This document shows, one piece after another, positions 60,979 to 64,000 of a stretch of DNA of 64,000 nucleotides. The DNA lies in the IMG/VR virus record IMGVR_UViG_3300046170_000524; one strand, 5' to 3'. Source of the stretch: a virus. The stretch's first letter is position 1. Each line of letters starts with the position of its first letter. Below the pieces are notes generated by a model. It made no database searches. It saw only the letters and a list, made by a program, of their open reading frames with translations, and had not been told where the DNA came from. The position numbers and the translations under genes were made by a program.

Positions 60979-61064
60979 TATTTGCTAGGATAAAATATAA
61001 CAAACATAGCAGAAATCAAAGAAAACCAAAGCAAAATCTGCCAAGCCTCCATTATAAAGTTCAT
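60978..61064 (-). CDS. 28-aa membrane microprotein (not in ORF track)
   Basis: MNFIMEAWQILLWFSLISAMFVIFYPSK; ATGA coupling. Confidence 0.5.
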   Translation of the reverse strand: MNFIMEAWQILLWFSLISAMFVIFYPSK

Positions 61065-61294
61065 TTATTTAATTTTTCGAAAATTTTGATAATATCAGAT
61101 CTTCTATCCTCAAGAAGCTTTGAAGACTGATTCCAACGCTCAGAATCCCGTGCTTCATTTTTAGCGAGAGATATTTCTAGATTTCTAACTTTTTCCGATA
61201 ATTTTTCGACTCGTGCATTTTCTTTTTTTAGAAAAAAGGCTACAACAGATACCATTGTGCCTAAAGCAATCAATATTATTTTTTCAACTTCCAT
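61061..61294 (-). CDS. TM plus coiled-coil protein, holin/anti-holin-like (start revised to MEVEK)
   Basis: N-terminal TM then coiled coil; GTGTA motif at 61304-61308. Confidence 0.55.
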   Translation of the reverse strand: MEVEKIILIALGTMVSVVAFFLKKENARVEKLSEKVRNLEISLAKNEARDSERWNQSSKLLEDRRSDIIKIFEKLNK

Positions 61295-61319
61295 ATTTAT
61301 ATATACACCCAAAAACACC

Positions 61320-61348
61320 TTGACATTCAGTGTCTAAACTGATATACT
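61320..61348 (+). promoter_or_regulatory. Sigma70-type promoter, near-leaderless
   Basis: TTGACA-17-TATACT with TG extension; 7 nt to ATG 61356. Confidence 0.85.
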
Positions 61349-61355
61349 ATTCAAT

Positions 61356-62405
61356 ATGACAACAATACTAGGACTTACTTGTATAAGCGAAGAGCTAAAA
61401 GATAAAGACAAAAAGAAATATTCATTTCGCACAATGACCCGCAAGCGTTTCAATGATTTGTGTACCTCAGAAGGTAGAGATGAAGCTATTTTTCAATTAT
61501 CTGAGAGAATTTTGCACAATGTTAGTGTTACTCAATATATTATCAATCATTGTCATTCCTCAAATATTAGGCATTATCGTCTTAGCAGTAATTTATGTCC
61601 CTTGGTTACTGATGAAACATTGGAAATTGATTTCGAAACGCTTCCCGACATCAAAGCAATCAAGCAAGAATTTCGACATATAGGTATTCTCGCAAAAACA
61701 TTGGGTATCAGCATGGGTTCGCACCCCGATCAATTTTGCGTATTAGCTTCACTCAATCAAGATGCAGTTCGCAGAACAATAATCGAACTAAATTTTCAAG
61801 CGAAAATCTTTGACATGATTGGATTACCGCGAGATCATACTGCTCCCATGAATATTCATGTGAATGCAAGCCCAACACCTATTGTAGGAGTTGAGATGAT
61901 GATCGCATCCGAGCAGATACATAAACTTAAAATCAAACAGCTCGCAGAACGCTTCTACGAGAATTTGCAAAAATGCGATGAAGGGGTACGAAATCGTCTT
62001 ACTATCGAGAACGAGGACAAAGGATTTTTTAATGTAGATACTTGTTTGCAGTTCAGCGAATATTTACTTGAGAAATATCAATACAATTTGCCTGTAGTTC
62101 ACGACAATCTTCACGATAATTGCAATCCGTCAGAGGAGAAAAATATTACCAGAAATGCGGAGCGATGTGCTTACACATGGGTAAACCAAGGAGAAGGAGA
62201 TAACAATTTTATTTCACCTGTATTTCATTGGTCTTTCGGTAAACCCGAAAAACCAAGGGCTCATGCAGATTATGCACCGCCACATAATTCTTATCCGCCT
62301 GTAGTAGCTATCGATCCAAACTATCCCGCAAAGTTTGAAATCGAGCTAAAATTGAAAGATAAAGCAATTCGTTTGCTTAAACAACAAGTCGAAGTATCTA
62401 TTTAA
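61356..62405 (+). CDS. uvsE: UV DNA damage endonuclease
   Basis: LGLTCIS, HYRLSS, HPDQFCVLAS, NIHV, RLTIENED, HDNLH, AHADY, IELKLKDKA. Confidence 0.9.
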   Translation: MTTILGLTCISEELKDKDKKKYSFRTMTRKRFNDLCTSEGRDEAIFQLSERILHNVSVTQYIINHCHSSNIRHYRLSSNLCPLVTDETLEIDFETLPDIKAIKQEFRHIGILAKTLGISMGSHPDQFCVLASLNQDAVRRTIIELNFQAKIFDMIGLPRDHTAPMNIHVNASPTPIVGVEMMIASEQIHKLKIKQLAERFYENLQKCDEGVRNRLTIENEDKGFFNVDTCLQFSEYLLEKYQYNLPVVHDNLHDNCNPSEEKNITRNAERCAYTWVNQGEGDNNFISPVFHWSFGKPEKPRAHADYAPPHNSYPPVVAIDPNYPAKFEIELKLKDKAIRLLKQQVEVSI

Positions 62406-63003
62406 TTTTATTGCTTTTCAACAAGTTTTCCTTTGCCCAGAGAGGCTGCAAATTTGTGTAGTGATTGGCTTGCCAAGGATCATCAGAATTATTAATATAC
62501 CAATCAAGAGGCGTGATGTGATCGATATGCCATCCATCAAAACCATGATTATCCCAAGTCATACCTTCTTGCCATTGCGATTCTATATGTTCTTTAAATT
62601 GCTCAAGAGAGCAACCAAGGAAATCTAATGATTTGATATTTTTTTCTTGCTTCGTTGCGTCAGCCACTCTTAAGGTATATCTTCTAATGATGCATTTTAA
62701 TTTATACAAATGATTATTTTTATAATTTTGCTTATGCCAAGAATTTACTCTTTTAATTATCTTATCTTTATTTTTTAAATAATGCCTTTTTTTGTTTTCT
62801 TGTAATGCTTGCTGATTTTTCTTAGCGTATTCTTTTTGATATTCAGCAATTTTAACTTTATTTTTTTGTGCGTATCGTTTTTGTTGCTTGCCAGTGCAAG
62901 ATTTGCAAATAGGTCTTAATCTATCTTTTTTTGTTCGATCTTTATTGAAATCGATCAAAGATTTTTCTTCTTGACATTTCGTGCATTTTTTGATATTATC
63001 CAC
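62398..63003 (-). CDS. HNH-type putative homing endonuclease with N-terminal Zn finger
   Basis: CTKC...CKSC; FLGCS...GMTWDN...WHIDHI.P...HYTNLQPLWAKENL.K. Confidence 0.85.
   Translation of the reverse strand: MDNIKKCTKCQEEKSLIDFNKDRTKKDRLRPICKSCTGKQQKRYAQKNKVKIAEYQKEYAKKNQQALQENKKRHYLKNKDKIIKRVNSWHKQNYKNNHLYKLKCIIRRYTLRVADATKQEKNIKSLDFLGCSLEQFKEHIESQWQEGMTWDNHGFDGWHIDHITPLDWYINNSDDPWQANHYTNLQPLWAKENLLKSNKIK
62971..62999 (+). promoter_or_regulatory. Sigma70-type promoter inside the 5' end of the HNH gene, facing the GIY-YIG gene
   Basis: TTGACA-17-TATTAT with TG extension; ATG at 63024. Confidence 0.65.
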
Positions 63004-63023
63004 TGTAATATATTACACTTTTT

Positions 63024-63635
63024 ATGGCTATTTGTTATTTAATTAAGCAACTTAATTCAAGAAAAAAAACTTATTATAAAATAGGAGTATCGAGCAGTAA
63101 AAATCAAACAGAAAGATTGAGGCATTTACAAACAGGAAATCCGCATAAATTAGTTATAATTAAGACCCACAAATTACAAACCAAACATCTTGCGGAAAAA
63201 CTAGAGCAATATATTTTGAGAGGATTGGACTCCTCAAATATAAAACGCTGTCAAGGAGAATGGGTTTTTGGGGATTCAAAAAAAATAGAATTAACTTTTA
63301 ATAATTGTTTTAAAAAATTCTCCCTCTTAAAAGAAGAAGATATTAAAAACACGAAAAGATGGAGTTTTGGAAGGGGAGGATTAAACCCCTCTATTGCTGC
63401 ACAAAAATCCATAAAAGTAAGACAAAGCAAGGCAAAATCTTGGCGAAAAGATATTAACCTTATGGAGAATATCAAAATAGCCATACAACAACTGAAAAAA
63501 CCTACGCTCCGAAAAATTGCTGAAATTTTAAATAATAAAGGTCTTGTGACGATCCGAGGCAAGCAATGGAACAAAGCTCAACTTTCAGTTCAATTGAAAG
63601 TAATGGGATTTCAGAAGTGGCAAGATTTAGTCTAA
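63024..63635 (+). CDS. GIY-YIG (T5orf172-type) nuclease fused to recombinase-type DNA-binding domain
   Basis: CYLI...YKIGVS...RLRHLQTGNP; C-terminal LRKIAEILNNKGLVTIRGKQW. Confidence 0.75.
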   Translation: MAICYLIKQLNSRKKTYYKIGVSSSKNQTERLRHLQTGNPHKLVIIKTHKLQTKHLAEKLEQYILRGLDSSNIKRCQGEWVFGDSKKIELTFNNCFKKFSLLKEEDIKNTKRWSFGRGGLNPSIAAQKSIKVRQSKAKSWRKDINLMENIKIAIQQLKKPTLRKIAEILNNKGLVTIRGKQWNKAQLSVQLKVMGFQKWQDLV

Positions 63636-64000
63636 CTCAAATCATGCAATGCAATATCAAAATCAGCATTAACTGCACCATTGTTTCCGTCTGAATCTAC
63701 AATATTAAATATTATATCTGTTTTTGGTTGTAGCTTAGTTGGAAAGTCAAGGCTTCTTTGCGTATCGTGATCTGTTCCAAAAGATACAATTTCGCGTACT
63801 CGAAACACTTTACCAAATTCGCGTGTCCTTATTTGAGCAGTAAAATTTATACTACTTGAACTTGGTTTTTGAGCGGATAAACTATATTTGGTTAAATAAC
63901 CAATTTTATCAGCAGGAATTGTATATACGCACATGAGCGTTTGATTATTGCCATCAAGAATTTTAACATAATCAATTGAACCCCCAACTTCATTGATTGT
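63632..64000 (-). CDS. Phage protein, 5'-truncated by window edge (possibly virion)
   Basis: Frame open to 64000: ...ILDGNNQTLMCVYTIPADKIGYL...LQPKTDI. Confidence 0.65.
   Translation of the reverse strand, partial: TINEVGGSIDYVKILDGNNQTLMCVYTIPADKIGYLTKYSLSAQKPSSSSINFTAQIRTREFGKVFRVREIVSFGTDHDTQRSLDFPTKLQPKTDIIFNIVDSDGNNGAVNADFDIALHDLS

Overview
The whole window looks like part of a large, AT-rich dsDNA tailed phage genome with a long non-contractile (lambda-type M-L-K-I-J tip) tail. There is no integrase, sheath or CRISPR array. 1-3.4 kb holds glycosyltransferases and a Rad52-like annealing protein. 3.4-39.1 kb is the tail and neck module: a 2476-aa fibre with an S74 chaperone, a gpI-gpJ fusion, a JAB protein, gpL, tandem gpM, a ~7 kb tape measure, chaperones, neck proteins, four tail-tube-fold paralogues and two accessory fibres. 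39.1-64 kb holds nucleotide metabolism (guaC, dCMP deaminase, dUTPase), recombination and repair (RuvB, two PD-(D/E)XK nucleases, UvsE), a tmRNA, tRNA-Ser(GCT), endonucleases and many small ORFs. It also holds a large glycan-modification complement: glycosyltransferases, two sulfotransferases, and an APS kinase fused to a HIGH-family nucleotidyltransferase. Two promoter classes are visible by eye. Ten near-consensus sigma70 promoters are present, nine of them apparently leaderless. A GTGTA motif precedes structural and glycan genes and is a candidate late promoter. The best candidate for an undescribed system is a late-expressed phage pathway for PAPS synthesis and glycan sulfation. gpI-J and the tape measure carry several apparent frameshifts, mostly +1 in homopolymers, that are probably assembly errors. 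All family assignments come from motif recognition by eye; no database searches were run.
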